34,408 nucleotides of DNA, taken from positions 1 through 34,408 of the forward strand of contig JBDKSP010000027.1 in assembly GCA_039680575.1 (NCBI GenBank). Reading direction: 5' to 3'. Below the pieces are notes generated by a model. It was not told the origin of the DNA. It saw nothing but the letters and a program-made list of their open reading frames with translations, and made no database searches. The DNA comes from Armatimonadota bacterium (GTDB lineage Bacteria; Armatimonadota; UBA5829; DTLH01). Positions 8,300-18,644 of this stretch are shown piece after piece. The translations under genes and the position numbers were made by a program. Each line of letters begins with the position of its first letter. Position 1 is the stretch's first letter.

Positions 8300-11200
8300 G
8301 TGGGTAGGTCTATGGGATACAAGAATCGCATCATTGTAGTCATCTTAGTTTTGGCATCAATCCTGGTTGCAGGACCAATTTTCGCCCAATCCAACTGGCC
8401 GACATACCATTATAACGAAGGCCGGCTCGGAGTCAACGAAGCGGAAAAAAATCTGTACGGACCGGATATAAGTATTATCTGGACGTTCCCAAGATATGAT
8501 GTACTGGACACAGATGAGGAAGATTCCACCTACATCGTCGATATACCTGACAGCACCAGCGACTGGGCGCTTTCACCCAGTACATCCTCATGGCAGACAT
8601 CAAGCGGTATGGGAACCGTGAACCCTCCCGCAAACTATTATGGCGGCGACTTCTACTGGATCAGAGCTACAACCGAAGACGGACTTGCGGCAGCGAAGGC
8701 ATCCGCGAAGTGGGACTTCACTCCAAGCGCAACTCTTCCCCCCGGGCTTTATACTGTACAGGTATGGTTCCCTTCATCCGGGGGAGGAAAAGTCAATTCC
8801 TCTGAAGTATGTTATACCGTTCAACACAAGGACGGCAGCAGTCAATTTGTAATAGACCAGAGCACAGGCGGCAGGTGGGTTACACTTGGGTCTAGTGCTC
8901 TTTATATGGATTCCGGCAGTTATGTCGAGATGTCTAACGTCACTGATGACGCAGAGCAGGAAAATACCGATGTTGTCGTCTGCGCTGATGCCGTCCGGTT
9001 CGTCCCTTCATCGGGAATGGAAATCTACTCGTCACCCGCGGCAGCAGCCAGTGCGCCGGTCGGGATTAATGGAGAAGATATCCCTGCCGTATGGATCGGG
9101 ACCATCGAGACTCCTATTGCATCCCTCGCGGAGGGAATGGACGGTTTCGGCGCGTTCTACTGCGTTCGAAGCTACCAGGGAACCAGCGGGATCAATTATG
9201 CTGATTTGCTGGACTCTTCTTCATCCGTCTGGGATACAAATGACGAAGTAAAATACGCTGGAACAGCCGCGTGGCGTTATCCTCGAGCAGGAGCGTTCGA
9301 TAAGAACAGCGACGGCACAGCAAAATCGCCCAACAACAGGCTTCCTATCGAAGGTCCGATCGGAGGATTCCATAGCCTCGGCGGAGTCTATTCTTCGCCT
9401 ACGCTGATTGAATCCGGCTCCACTAAATATGTCGTTTTCGGCGGCATGGACGGACAGGTCTACTGCCTTAATGCCAATACAGGCGATCTTATATGGAAGG
9501 GACCGGGCGTTACGATTTCCGAACCTGCAACGCGCCCTTCTACCTGGGCTCTATTCGATGGCAGATACGACGCATTCGGAGGGAAGTTCCTGGCTGGTCC
9601 TACTGTAGCTGATGAATCCAGCGAAGTACAAATAACTTGGGATATTACCTCTACATCATCCGACCCTGGGACCGATTCCCTGAAGACCGACGGTACAGGG
9701 CACAAGTACGCTATCTACGCCTGGATGCCGGCAAGAAATACGACGACCGAGACAGCTGCTCGCTCCACGGACGCTGCTTATAGCATCACCTACTGGGATC
9801 CGGTCTATTCGCAGGAACGGACCGATTGTGTGCGCGTAGACCAGCGCGACTCGAGTGAAAGCGACGACAGCGTCAGTGAATATAACTGTGGGACCTGGGT
9901 CAAGATCGGAAGCGACTACTGGGACCCTCGGAAAGTCGAGCTTTCGAATGTATCTCAGGCAGGTAGCACCGACCGGGTGGTAATAGCCGACGCGATCATG
10001 GTGGTCCCTGCTGAGCTTGGAGCATTCAGCTACTCTACAGCAGTGTCGGACGGCACGAATGTCTATATCGGCAACGCAAACGGCCGGGTATATGCGTTTG
10101 CGTTGAAGTCCAGCTACCCAACATCGTCGAAATCAGCGGCGCTTGCCTGGACGTTCCCTAAGGTCCAGACGAAAAACCCGATCACGGATACCGATGATTC
10201 ACTCGCAAGCTCGTTCGGCTCGCTGGTATCTTCCCCTACTCTGACTTCAGGGCATCTTCTGGTCTCGTCGATGGATGGTAATGTTTATGATATTACCAAC
10301 CTGACTGGCGGTGAGAAAAACGTCAAGCTGGAGTGGAAATTCAATGCATCATCTGTAGCCGGTACGTCCGAAGCCTTCAGCTCGTCTCCCGCGATTTATG
10401 GAAGCAAGGTATATGCCGCATCGGTAGGAGGACGGCTTTATGCCCTCAAGATAGATGACGGGACATGCGATTGGTCCTGTCCTGATGCATCGATATCGGA
10501 AGCTCCGCTTTCAGCGTTCAGATTTTCTACTCCGGCAGTCTATGACACCGGGATATTCTGCGGTTCTACCGGAGGACAGGTCTACGGATTCACAAGCACA
10601 GGCAGCTACATCTCCGAATCAACATTCACCCCTCCTAACATGTACGCTCCCATTCAAGGGGCCGTGGCAATCGATGACAGGAATATCTACATAGGGACTG
10701 TCGGGACAGGCAGCGGTGATGACGGCGGAATCTGGTGGGTGAACCGTGACAGCGGACTGGCATCGGATGATCTGGGCGAATGGACTTACTCCGGCTACAG
10801 CGACCTCGGCATGGTTTTCTCTTCGCCTGCCGTAGCGAACGATTATGTATATGTCGGAACAGGCAAAGGACGGTTGTGTGCGTTCTCTTCAACGGCATTC
10901 GGAGGAGAATGGGTCGGCGGAGGAAGGGAACAAGCAGGCCAGCCGCCTTTACGTCGCGCCAAGGCGCCGAACCCGGCAAAAACATGCCAGGTAGATATAT
11001 TCAAGCCGGCCGTCTACAAAGAGACCCTGAAGGTGCTTCGGTCGCTGGTCGACGCCGGTACGGCGACCAATTCTGAAGTAATAGGCAAAATCCTTGCGGA
11101 TACTTCTACCAAAGACAGCAATCTGTTCGTCGAAAATGATTTTGACGGAGCTGAAGCTAATATCCTCAAGGGTCATGCGCGAGCATTTCCCTATGAATCA

Positions 11201-14200
11201 TCATATACATCCGGCTCCGGTGACCGCGAGGTATATATGGAATGGGGAGAGGACCTCTACCTGATCGCCTGGAACCTTCCTCCACTGAGCGAACTCACGG
11301 GCGGAAACCCGACATCCACAACCGGTGTCGGCACCTCGACACAGAAAAACTGTGTAAGTTTCAAGTTCAATAATTCAGGATCAGGATCATCGTCCGGCGG
11401 CACAATAAACCCCAAGAACGCGGATTACCTGTTCGAATACAAGACTTCGAGTGTCGATGGAAATAACCTCCCAATCTTCCGTTGTGTAGCGTTTACCAAG
11501 GTCGAACTGAGAGGCAGCGGACAGAACCAGCCTTCTCCAGGAACCGGTTGGAACATTACTCTTCAGGTCACAAGAAGTTCTACTACCGACCCGCTGGGCG
11601 TTATGCCGCTCCTTACAGGAACGCCTGGAAGCTTTACCGTTAAAAATACGACCAAGTGGGAATCGCAGCCGGTTGGAATCAACAATCCGCTCGCTATCCG
11701 CGATGACGGTTATCACCCATCGACAAGCGGCCCTGTTCAAGAATCCTCGATAAGCTTGGGCTGGTCTAAAGCTAATTCCGACGGCACTTATGAAACAAAC
11801 CGGAATGAATCTACCGCCCATTACAATGGCAATTCGATTATAGAAACAGATACCACCAGCAGCAAAAAGATAAGCAAATCGATAATGCCTCTTGTCTACC
11901 TTGGACAGACACACCACGGAGCCAGCAGCCGGGTAGCACCGATTCAGGTAATGGACCGGAGCGCGATGGGACTAAAAGCTACCGTAGGAACTGACAATAG
12001 TGTCACATGGAACAGTTACATCGACAAATTCAGGATCGAGACTGCCGATCTCCATTGGAATGAAAATGCAGAGCCGGTAAATCCTCTGCCCTGGGACCTT
12101 CTTCCTTACGCTGATATCCTGGGATACACCAGCAGACAGCAGACGGATTACCCGGACATCACGAAACGGTCCGAACGGTTCCAAAAGGATACAGGCGATC
12201 CGTCCGTCGATAATAACGCCCTCTTACCGGCTCTGCCGAAGAATGTGGACGATGCTGACAGCATCAATTATGATGAAGCTCGGCTTCAGGCCGAGTCAAT
12301 CGACACATGGATAGAAGTTCCGAAGTACCAACCGGCCAATATTTATGGTCCAGGTTATCAGGCAACAGCCATCGCTTATATCGACAGCAACAGCGACGGA
12401 ACCTGCAACCTCGGAAACCAGATAAGCGGACGTCCGACATCCTATATCGAAGCGCACAGGTATTTTGCCATATCCTCCGATGTTCTGCCGGACTATCATA
12501 TCGTTGTAGAGAAACCACTGACTATAGATGTGGTCGGGGCGGACAAGTCTGCGGCGCCACATGGCCTGGGTGTATACCTTGATTCCGGACTGCTGACCGA
12601 TTGGTGGAAAGAATTCACCGTACAGAACCTTGGGAACGTCAACCTGTATGACATCAAGATAGCGAGATATGTCTCGAACGGTGGTGCTAACTCTTGGATG
12701 GTCAGCCTTTACTCTGACAGTGTAAGTCCGTATTTCCCGCTCCTCGGATATGGTCTTACGGACACGACACCCAGCTACCAGTTCGGCATTGTAAGTTCTT
12801 TCGATGGATGGGATCCCAAGTGGGGAAGCATCGGCGCAGAACCGTTCATGACCAACGGCTACGGTTACACGCTTTCAAAGGCGCGCGTGGGAGACGTTGA
12901 CCCGACAACGCTCACTATTCCGGACCAGAGGAAATGCAATGTGTGGCCGAACGTCACAAGTTCCGCGATCGATGATAAGGGCGGCAGCAGTAACACCGGG
13001 ATCGAGCCGAGCGTAAGCGTGATCGTTCCGCTCACTCAGCCGACCGGAAGCTACAGCGCGCTTGTGCCGGTCTTCGCCGATATGATTAATACCGGCACCG
13101 ACAATGTTCTTGATCTCGGATACGAAGCATACACCGATCCGACATTCAGGCTAAATGTGTCGGTTGCGGAAGACAGGTTGACCGGCGGTTCGACAGCCGG
13201 CTCCATCACCCAGATCGATCCTTCGCAGGATCCGAACCCGGACCCTACGAAAAAGTTCATCTGCGGCGATACGCAGCCCGCAGCGTGGCGTGACCCATCG
13301 ACCGGTAATACTTTTCTTTTCTGGTCATCGAACAGGTCCACATCGACCACAGTGACTGTCACTCCTAACGCACCCTGGTATATAAGGTGGGCTTCGCTGA
13401 TATATGATAAAGGCAGCTCAACGAAACCCAGCGCATACTCATGGAAAGCTGATACCAGCAATGCATCGAGCACCAGGTGGTGGGATACGCCTTTGAACTC
13501 GGAGGCGTCTACCGGCGGACCGGCTGCTGCCGATGCAGACAGGTTACCCGCTTCTGATTGGCCGGTAACTCTTCCGAACCTTTTGAGCGACTCGGTCAAG
13601 TATTCCTCACCGTTTGCGGCTATGAATCTGGATACTTGGTCCTTGGATAACCCGATGAAGGTTTGGCTGTTCTGGCAGGGACAGGCCGACGCAATCGACC
13701 CACAGACTAAGAAGGTAAATAGGAATAGCCTTATATTCTATACTCTGGCGGCAGGCGGGTCTTCGACAGAAGATGGAAAGGTATATTCGTTTTCTGATGA
13801 CCTTAATCTCATGAAATTGAACCCGCGCGCGATCGTTTACAACAGCGACAGCAATGAGGTCATGTGGCTTATGTGGCACGGCGGTGATTCTGGGCGTTGG
13901 AGTCTGTTCGGTAACCTGAACGTTTCACCGGACACACAACAAAATGCTGATGGCTGGTGCTCAGACATCCGGTTCGCTACACCCAGTTGCCTCGTTTCCG
14001 TATCCGAACCGTCGCCGGTACACAGGAGTATAGGCAGCACCAGTATTACTGACCGCGACCGTTATATAGACGTGGCTTATACCGGAGCGTCCAAATACGA
14101 CCAGACATCCGATATCATCTTTACGCGCTATAAATGGAGCGGGACTAACTCCAGCCCATCGGTAAACGCGGTCAAACTGCCTCGTGTTTATGACGAAGAG

Positions 14201-15259
14201 CTGACGCGTGATACAAAAAGAAATGTCTACACATCGGAACACCTGTCCTGGGTGAAAGCCAAAGGCACCGGTGCTATCGATGAGGATGTACTTACGAGCA
14301 CCAGCGACAGCTTGAGATATTTGCCTGTCGTTCGGGTCCTGTTGACCGATGATTACACTACCGACGACGGAGTTACCTTCACTAAGGGTACAATCGTGAG
14401 CGCCACTGATGGAAGTGTAACCAAGCTTAATAATGTTGTATCTACAGCCGGAATCGCTATCGCTCCCGCGATCGACCAGGCCACCGGCGTGTATACATAT
14501 ACCCTTCCGGGCGACGCAGGCAGCCTGCTTGGCAAGATGCTTGTTGATTATTCGGCTGGAATTGTCAGGTTCACAAATCCGCTCCCGACAAAGACTAAGG
14601 TATTCGCGTTCTATACACCGCAGTCGAAAAGGCTTACTCACGGATCCGAGCAGGACAGCGCTCCCTATATGTTCATCGAAAAAACTGAGATGAATTTTGC
14701 CTGTAACCCAGGGTTCGGACCTAGCGATTACACAGGCCTTGCCCCAACAGACAGGCTCTGGCTATTCTGGCGTAAGCCCAGCACAAACGTTCAGGCAAGT
14801 ACTATCTATTACAAGACATATCGAATCACAGCGACACTGAATGAACCGGTAGACATGAATTCGAATGGAAAACCAACAGCAGATATTGAAGTTGGCCATG
14901 TTTTCGGGCCATGCGAAGTAAGCTGGGACGGCAAAAAGGTATACTTCACCAGCGTTGACGAAAGATATCCGGGGCTTTCTCCGAGCGGTTTGGAGCCGGT
15001 ATCGATCAAATTCAGGCCGAAGGGAGGCTCCTCAACTGATAGAGTAACCGAAACCTTCGACACACTCTCCTGGGAAGAGGAATTGCCCGAAACAGCCCTC
15101 CCTACCAGGCTTCGTGTGAATGAAGGCCAGGTCTGTGCGTTCGCTGATCCATGCGTCACACCTTCAAGGGTGTGGGTCTTCTGGTCCAGCACCCGCGCAG
15201 GTGAAAGCGACCTTTATTATCAGATAATCAGCCCCAATTTCAGGGCTGTTTCACCTTAG
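8300..15259 (+). CDS. Giant secreted protein with PQQ-like beta-propeller repeats and two golvesin/CBM-like domains; candidate pilus-associated adhesin
   Basis: Signal peptide (AGPIFA|Q), N-terminal WPTYHYNEGRLG, repeated SSP...VY.G..DG.VY.L...G...W blades, two inserted domains ending CADAVRFVP and IADAIMVVP, TolB/PD40-like FWSSNR and FWSSTRAG motifs. Alternative ATG start at 8312. Confidence 0.7.
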   Translation: MGRSMGYKNRIIVVILVLASILVAGPIFAQSNWPTYHYNEGRLGVNEAEKNLYGPDISIIWTFPRYDVLDTDEEDSTYIVDIPDSTSDWALSPSTSSWQTSSGMGTVNPPANYYGGDFYWIRATTEDGLAAAKASAKWDFTPSATLPPGLYTVQVWFPSSGGGKVNSSEVCYTVQHKDGSSQFVIDQSTGGRWVTLGSSALYMDSGSYVEMSNVTDDAEQENTDVVVCADAVRFVPSSGMEIYSSPAAAASAPVGINGEDIPAVWIGTIETPIASLAEGMDGFGAFYCVRSYQGTSGINYADLLDSSSSVWDTNDEVKYAGTAAWRYPRAGAFDKNSDGTAKSPNNRLPIEGPIGGFHSLGGVYSSPTLIESGSTKYVVFGGMDGQVYCLNANTGDLIWKGPGVTISEPATRPSTWALFDGRYDAFGGKFLAGPTVADESSEVQITWDITSTSSDPGTDSLKTDGTGHKYAIYAWMPARNTTTETAARSTDAAYSITYWDPVYSQERTDCVRVDQRDSSESDDSVSEYNCGTWVKIGSDYWDPRKVELSNVSQAGSTDRVVIADAIMVVPAELGAFSYSTAVSDGTNVYIGNANGRVYAFALKSSYPTSSKSAALAWTFPKVQTKNPITDTDDSLASSFGSLVSSPTLTSGHLLVSSMDGNVYDITNLTGGEKNVKLEWKFNASSVAGTSEAFSSSPAIYGSKVYAASVGGRLYALKIDDGTCDWSCPDASISEAPLSAFRFSTPAVYDTGIFCGSTGGQVYGFTSTGSYISESTFTPPNMYAPIQGAVAIDDRNIYIGTVGTGSGDDGGIWWVNRDSGLASDDLGEWTYSGYSDLGMVFSSPAVANDYVYVGTGKGRLCAFSSTAFGGEWVGGGREQAGQPPLRRAKAPNPAKTCQVDIFKPAVYKETLKVLRSLVDAGTATNSEVIGKILADTSTKDSNLFVENDFDGAEANILKGHARAFPYESSYTSGSGDREVYMEWGEDLYLIAWNLPPLSELTGGNPTSTTGVGTSTQKNCVSFKFNNSGSGSSSGGTINPKNADYLFEYKTSSVDGNNLPIFRCVAFTKVELRGSGQNQPSPGTGWNITLQVTRSSTTDPLGVMPLLTGTPGSFTVKNTTKWESQPVGINNPLAIRDDGYHPSTSGPVQESSISLGWSKANSDGTYETNRNESTAHYNGNSIIETDTTSSKKISKSIMPLVYLGQTHHGASSRVAPIQVMDRSAMGLKATVGTDNSVTWNSYIDKFRIETADLHWNENAEPVNPLPWDLLPYADILGYTSRQQTDYPDITKRSERFQKDTGDPSVDNNALLPALPKNVDDADSINYDEARLQAESIDTWIEVPKYQPANIYGPGYQATAIAYIDSNSDGTCNLGNQISGRPTSYIEAHRYFAISSDVLPDYHIVVEKPLTIDVVGADKSAAPHGLGVYLDSGLLTDWWKEFTVQNLGNVNLYDIKIARYVSNGGANSWMVSLYSDSVSPYFPLLGYGLTDTTPSYQFGIVSSFDGWDPKWGSIGAEPFMTNGYGYTLSKARVGDVDPTTLTIPDQRKCNVWPNVTSSAIDDKGGSSNTGIEPSVSVIVPLTQPTGSYSALVPVFADMINTGTDNVLDLGYEAYTDPTFRLNVSVAEDRLTGGSTAGSITQIDPSQDPNPDPTKKFICGDTQPAAWRDPSTGNTFLFWSSNRSTSTTVTVTPNAPWYIRWASLIYDKGSSTKPSAYSWKADTSNASSTRWWDTPLNSEASTGGPAAADADRLPASDWPVTLPNLLSDSVKYSSPFAAMNLDTWSLDNPMKVWLFWQGQADAIDPQTKKVNRNSLIFYTLAAGGSSTEDGKVYSFSDDLNLMKLNPRAIVYNSDSNEVMWLMWHGGDSGRWSLFGNLNVSPDTQQNADGWCSDIRFATPSCLVSVSEPSPVHRSIGSTSITDRDRYIDVAYTGASKYDQTSDIIFTRYKWSGTNSSPSVNAVKLPRVYDEELTRDTKRNVYTSEHLSWVKAKGTGAIDEDVLTSTSDSLRYLPVVRVLLTDDYTTDDGVTFTKGTIVSATDGSVTKLNNVVSTAGIAIAPAIDQATGVYTYTLPGDAGSLLGKMLVDYSAGIVRFTNPLPTKTKVFAFYTPQSKRLTHGSEQDSAPYMFIEKTEMNFACNPGFGPSDYTGLAPTDRLWLFWRKPSTNVQASTIYYKTYRITATLNEPVDMNSNGKPTADIEVGHVFGPCEVSWDGKKVYFTSVDERYPGLSPSGLEPVSIKFRPKGGSSTDRVTETFDTLSWEEELPETALPTRLRVNEGQVCAFADPCVTPSRVWVFWSSTRAGESDLYYQIISPNFRAVSP

Positions 15260-15325
15260 ACCAGGCTCTCACCTGCCGAAGAACCGGGTAGAGTCATATT
15301 TGAGCTTAAAAGTGATTGATTTTGT

Positions 15326-15355
15326 TTGACACGTCAGCTCGTTTGATGATAGGAT
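15326..15355 (+). promoter_or_regulatory. Sigma70-type promoter upstream of pilM
   Basis: TTGACA (15326-15331) - 18 nt - TAGGAT (15350-15355) with extended TGn. Confidence 0.5.
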
Positions 15356-15402
15356 TAGTTACTGGTAAGCTCTGCATTATTGAGGGATAGGAAAAACAGA
15401 GT

Positions 15403-16950
15403 ATGAGCTTGTTTGGCAAGTCTGCTCCATCGGCCGTGGTTGGGCTCGACATCGGTACCGAGTTAATCAAGGCTGCCGAAGCGAAACTAACTAAGGACGG
15501 CATACGAATTACCGGACTTGGGGTTGCACCAACCCCTCCCGGAGTTATTGATAACAGCATGATAACCGACCCCAAAGCGCTTGGGGCAGCTATCAAGCAA
15601 CTTTTGCGCGACAGCGGCATCAAGACAAAGCATGTAGTCAGCTCCATTACGGGTCAAACATCCGTCGTGGTACGGATTATCGAAGTGCCGCGTATGACCG
15701 CTGGTGAGTTGGCTGAGACTATGAAATGGGAGGTCGAACGGCACGTCCCGTTTGCTCCTACTGAAATCCAGATGGATTTCGCTCCCATCGAGAAGCCTAA
15801 CACGCCGCCGGACGCGCAGAATATGGAAGTTTTACTGGCAGTAGCTCAGCAAGATTCCGTAAATGGCCTTGTGCAAGCTATTTTTGCCGCCGGTTTGGAG
15901 CCCATCGCAATCGATGTTCAAGCGCTCGCTGTGAGCCGCCCGCTGATCGATGTCGTGGAAGGGACCAAACCTTATGTAACGGCCATCGCCAACATCGGAG
16001 CCAATACTACTGATGTCGGAGTTTTCGAAGGCAGTCTCCTTGCTTTCCCTGGGCCTCCTCTTCCGATAGCAGGTGTTAACTTCACTCGTGTTATAAGCGA
16101 AGCGCTCGGAGTATCGATAGAAGAAGCCGAGCAATTGAAGAAAGAGTATGCCGAAGTCGATATGTCCGTGATCCAGGGTGATGATGCGGGCAATGGTGGA
16201 GACGACGGCAGTTTCGATTTCTCGAATGCTGCTCCTGCGCCGCTGAACTCATCATACGATGCGCCCGAAGCTGATTCCGCGCCGAGTACGCCGGAGCCTA
16301 CATCGTACGATACATCCATACCGCAAGCTGATTCGGACTTTTCACCTTTTGATCTTGGGGCACAGGGCGTTCCCCCACCCCAGCCGGAAGCACAGAAGTT
16401 TGACATATCAGGTGAGGACGTTTTCGATCTCGGCGGACAGCAGGAAACAACCAATTTCAAACCGGTCTTCGACCTTGAAGAACCTGAAGCGGAAGCTCCT
16501 GCGTCTACATCATTCGATTTAGATATTGAAGACTCACAAGCTGCTTCTGACCAGCCCGCTCAACCCATGAGCGACCAACCAGTTGCATCAGTTTCGGATA
16601 CTGACCCGGCTTTCGTACCGCCAGCGCCAGCCGGTGATGTAAGATGGCAGGTCATTAAGGCTATTACACCCGTTCTGATCGAACTGGCTACAGAGATCAG
16701 ACATTCGATTGATTATTATACTACCAGATACCAGACTCGCCCTGAGCAACTGTACCTTTGCGGCGGGACTGCAAGAATACATAAACTGGACCAATTCCTG
16801 GAAAATGAGCTTGGGATTCCCGTTCTTATTGCGGACCCCACAGCTAATTTAGTCGTGCAATGTCCTAGCTATGCGCCGGATTATCTGAGTGAAGTATCGC
16901 CTCTATTCCCGGTAAGCATAGGTTTGGCGATTCGAGAAATGCTGGGATAA
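15403..16950 (+). CDS. pilM: Type IV pilus assembly protein PilM (actin-like) with long acidic insertion
   Basis: VGLDIGTELIK, E-x-E-R-H-V-P-F, NIGANTT, EEAEQLKK, EIRHSIDYY, LCGGTA, SIGLAIR; followed by an INLLP-motif PilN. Confidence 0.93.
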   Translation: MSLFGKSAPSAVVGLDIGTELIKAAEAKLTKDGIRITGLGVAPTPPGVIDNSMITDPKALGAAIKQLLRDSGIKTKHVVSSITGQTSVVVRIIEVPRMTAGELAETMKWEVERHVPFAPTEIQMDFAPIEKPNTPPDAQNMEVLLAVAQQDSVNGLVQAIFAAGLEPIAIDVQALAVSRPLIDVVEGTKPYVTAIANIGANTTDVGVFEGSLLAFPGPPLPIAGVNFTRVISEALGVSIEEAEQLKKEYAEVDMSVIQGDDAGNGGDDGSFDFSNAAPAPLNSSYDAPEADSAPSTPEPTSYDTSIPQADSDFSPFDLGAQGVPPPQPEAQKFDISGEDVFDLGGQQETTNFKPVFDLEEPEAEAPASTSFDLDIEDSQAASDQPAQPMSDQPVASVSDTDPAFVPPAPAGDVRWQVIKAITPVLIELATEIRHSIDYYTTRYQTRPEQLYLCGGTARIHKLDQFLENELGIPVLIADPTANLVVQCPSYAPDYLSEVSPLFPVSIGLAIREMLG

Positions 16951-17025
16951 ACGGCCGGCAGGTTTCGCGCTGTTACGCTGTCGATAAAGCCTGCCTCCGT
17001 AATCCAAGGAGTCTTTCAAGCTGTT

Positions 17026-17829
17026 ATGATTAAAATTAATCTTCTTCCGCCCGGTATATTCGAGGCGAGAGTAATTAAGCGGCTGATTGTGCTGTTCTCC
17101 GTTATCGTTGTGGCAATCGTCGCCGGGTGTATGTACTATACATCGACGGTCAACAAGGCCACAGCGGGCTATAAGGCTGAAACAGCCATAGCAACCGATT
17201 GGAAAAATAAAGCCGACACATACAAAAGCGAAGCTGCCAGTAAGCTGGCATCAATCGCGCCAATCGATGCAAAACTTCAGTTCGTTACGCAAGTGGATAA
17301 ATTCGACACTGTATATCCAGTATTTTATGAAAATCTGGCTCAGTATACTTATCAGAAGATAACATACTCGCAGATCGCTGTCGCCCAGGACGGCAAGGTG
17401 ACAATAACAGCAAGTGCGCCTTCCCTCTCGGATGCAGGCAGGTATCTGCTCAATATGTACAGAGCGACGGACCTTTTTTCATCCGTTGCTATCTCGAGTG
17501 TACCGGGTTATCCTGCAGACAGCTCCGGTGGAACTGGGGTAATACCGACTTCATCGATGTCACCCAGCACAGCTTCTTCTGTTTCGGCAACAAATGCGGG
17601 CTTTCCATCTTCAATTGGACAGGTGTTGAATTTGCATGGACTCTCCTCTGCGGGAATGGGGGCAGTCGCCACTGGTCTCATTCGTTCTCATGCGAATAAG
17701 GGCGGTTTTAATTTCACCGTAACCTGCACGATCAAAGACCCATCGATTTTACTGCCACCTTCACCTACGGGAAGCAATAGTTCAATGCCGGGCGCTGCTG
17801 GCATGGCTCCCGGTGGAGTACCAAACTAG
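17026..17829 (+). CDS. pilN: PilN-like protein
   Basis: N-terminal MIKINLLP (PilM-binding motif), single TM, coiled coil and ferredoxin-like core; follows pilM. Confidence 0.85.
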   Translation: MIKINLLPPGIFEARVIKRLIVLFSVIVVAIVAGCMYYTSTVNKATAGYKAETAIATDWKNKADTYKSEAASKLASIAPIDAKLQFVTQVDKFDTVYPVFYENLAQYTYQKITYSQIAVAQDGKVTITASAPSLSDAGRYLLNMYRATDLFSSVAISSVPGYPADSSGGTGVIPTSSMSPSTASSVSATNAGFPSSIGQVLNLHGLSSAGMGAVATGLIRSHANKGGFNFTVTCTIKDPSILLPPSPTGSNSSMPGAAGMAPGGVPN

Positions 17830-17889
17830 AGATAGTCCAGCGAGATTTATGACCGGAGGAACATGGGGAATTAGATCCCTGATATTGAT

Positions 17890-18603
17890 ATGAGTAAACT
17901 TCGCAGAATACATATAGTCATAATAGGCGTTGTAGTGTGCTTGCTGGTAGGTGCCGGTTTGTATTTCCTTGTTATCGACAAGGCTGTAAAGGCACGCGAT
18001 GCAGCATTAGCGGAACGAGACAGCGTTATCAACGCCGGTGGGACTGAGCTAAATTGCAATAATATGTTCAAGAGTCTCCAGGATGCCAATGCTAAAGTAC
18101 TGGAGAAAACCGCCGAATACGAAAAGACCATGCGAGCCAGAATGCCTAACATCAGTCTGGATGATACAAGAACAGGTATGCTTGCATTGTGGCATGAGCA
18201 GTCCGAGGTCCTTGGACCGCTGCTCCTCAACCATATACGCAGTTCTAAGGGTATTCAGCTTATGTCATCGATTCAGATCCCGGCTCCGACAGTCAATCCT
18301 AACGATCTGCAGAGTTATGCTGATTCTCCTATAAGAATAGACGTAGGCAAAGTTTCCGTATCAGGTAATTTCAAGTCTATTATGAATCACTTGCGGAGTT
18401 GGAACAAACTCAACAGGCTGGTATTGGTCGATCAACCGTCATTAACAGGAGAAAGCCCTAACCTGGTGTGCGAATATACGCTTTCTGTATTTCTTTATCC
18501 GATGACTCCTCCCGGACCTACCGTTGATATTGCACCTCCGGCGGGCGGCGATGGAATGTCGGCTGGAGGACCATCACCTATGATGCCAACAATGTCCCGC
18601 TAA
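17890..18603 (+). CDS. pilO: PilO-like protein
   Basis: N-terminal TM, coiled coil, VSVSGNFKSIMNHLRSWNKLNRLVLVD motif matching the PilO G-x-F/Y...L-x-R-L-V pattern; synteny. Confidence 0.8.
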   Translation: MSKLRRIHIVIIGVVVCLLVGAGLYFLVIDKAVKARDAALAERDSVINAGGTELNCNNMFKSLQDANAKVLEKTAEYEKTMRARMPNISLDDTRTGMLALWHEQSEVLGPLLLNHIRSSKGIQLMSSIQIPAPTVNPNDLQSYADSPIRIDVGKVSVSGNFKSIMNHLRSWNKLNRLVLVDQPSLTGESPNLVCEYTLSVFLYPMTPPGPTVDIAPPAGGDGMSAGGPSPMMPTMSR

Positions 18604-18644
18604 GGACCGGCTTCTCAGAGCTGAAATACCAGAGGTAAAATATC

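Noticed and set aside
8300..15259. Giant protein as PQQ-dependent dehydrogenase or BamB
   Set aside because: No lipobox, no recognisable quinoprotein catalytic features, and size and inserted domains do not fit; only the repeat fold is shared.
16951..17025. Hairpin between pilM and pilN as terminator or sRNA
   Set aside because: GGCAGGTTT/AAGCCTGCC stem has a large loop and no U-tract; at most an mRNA stability element.
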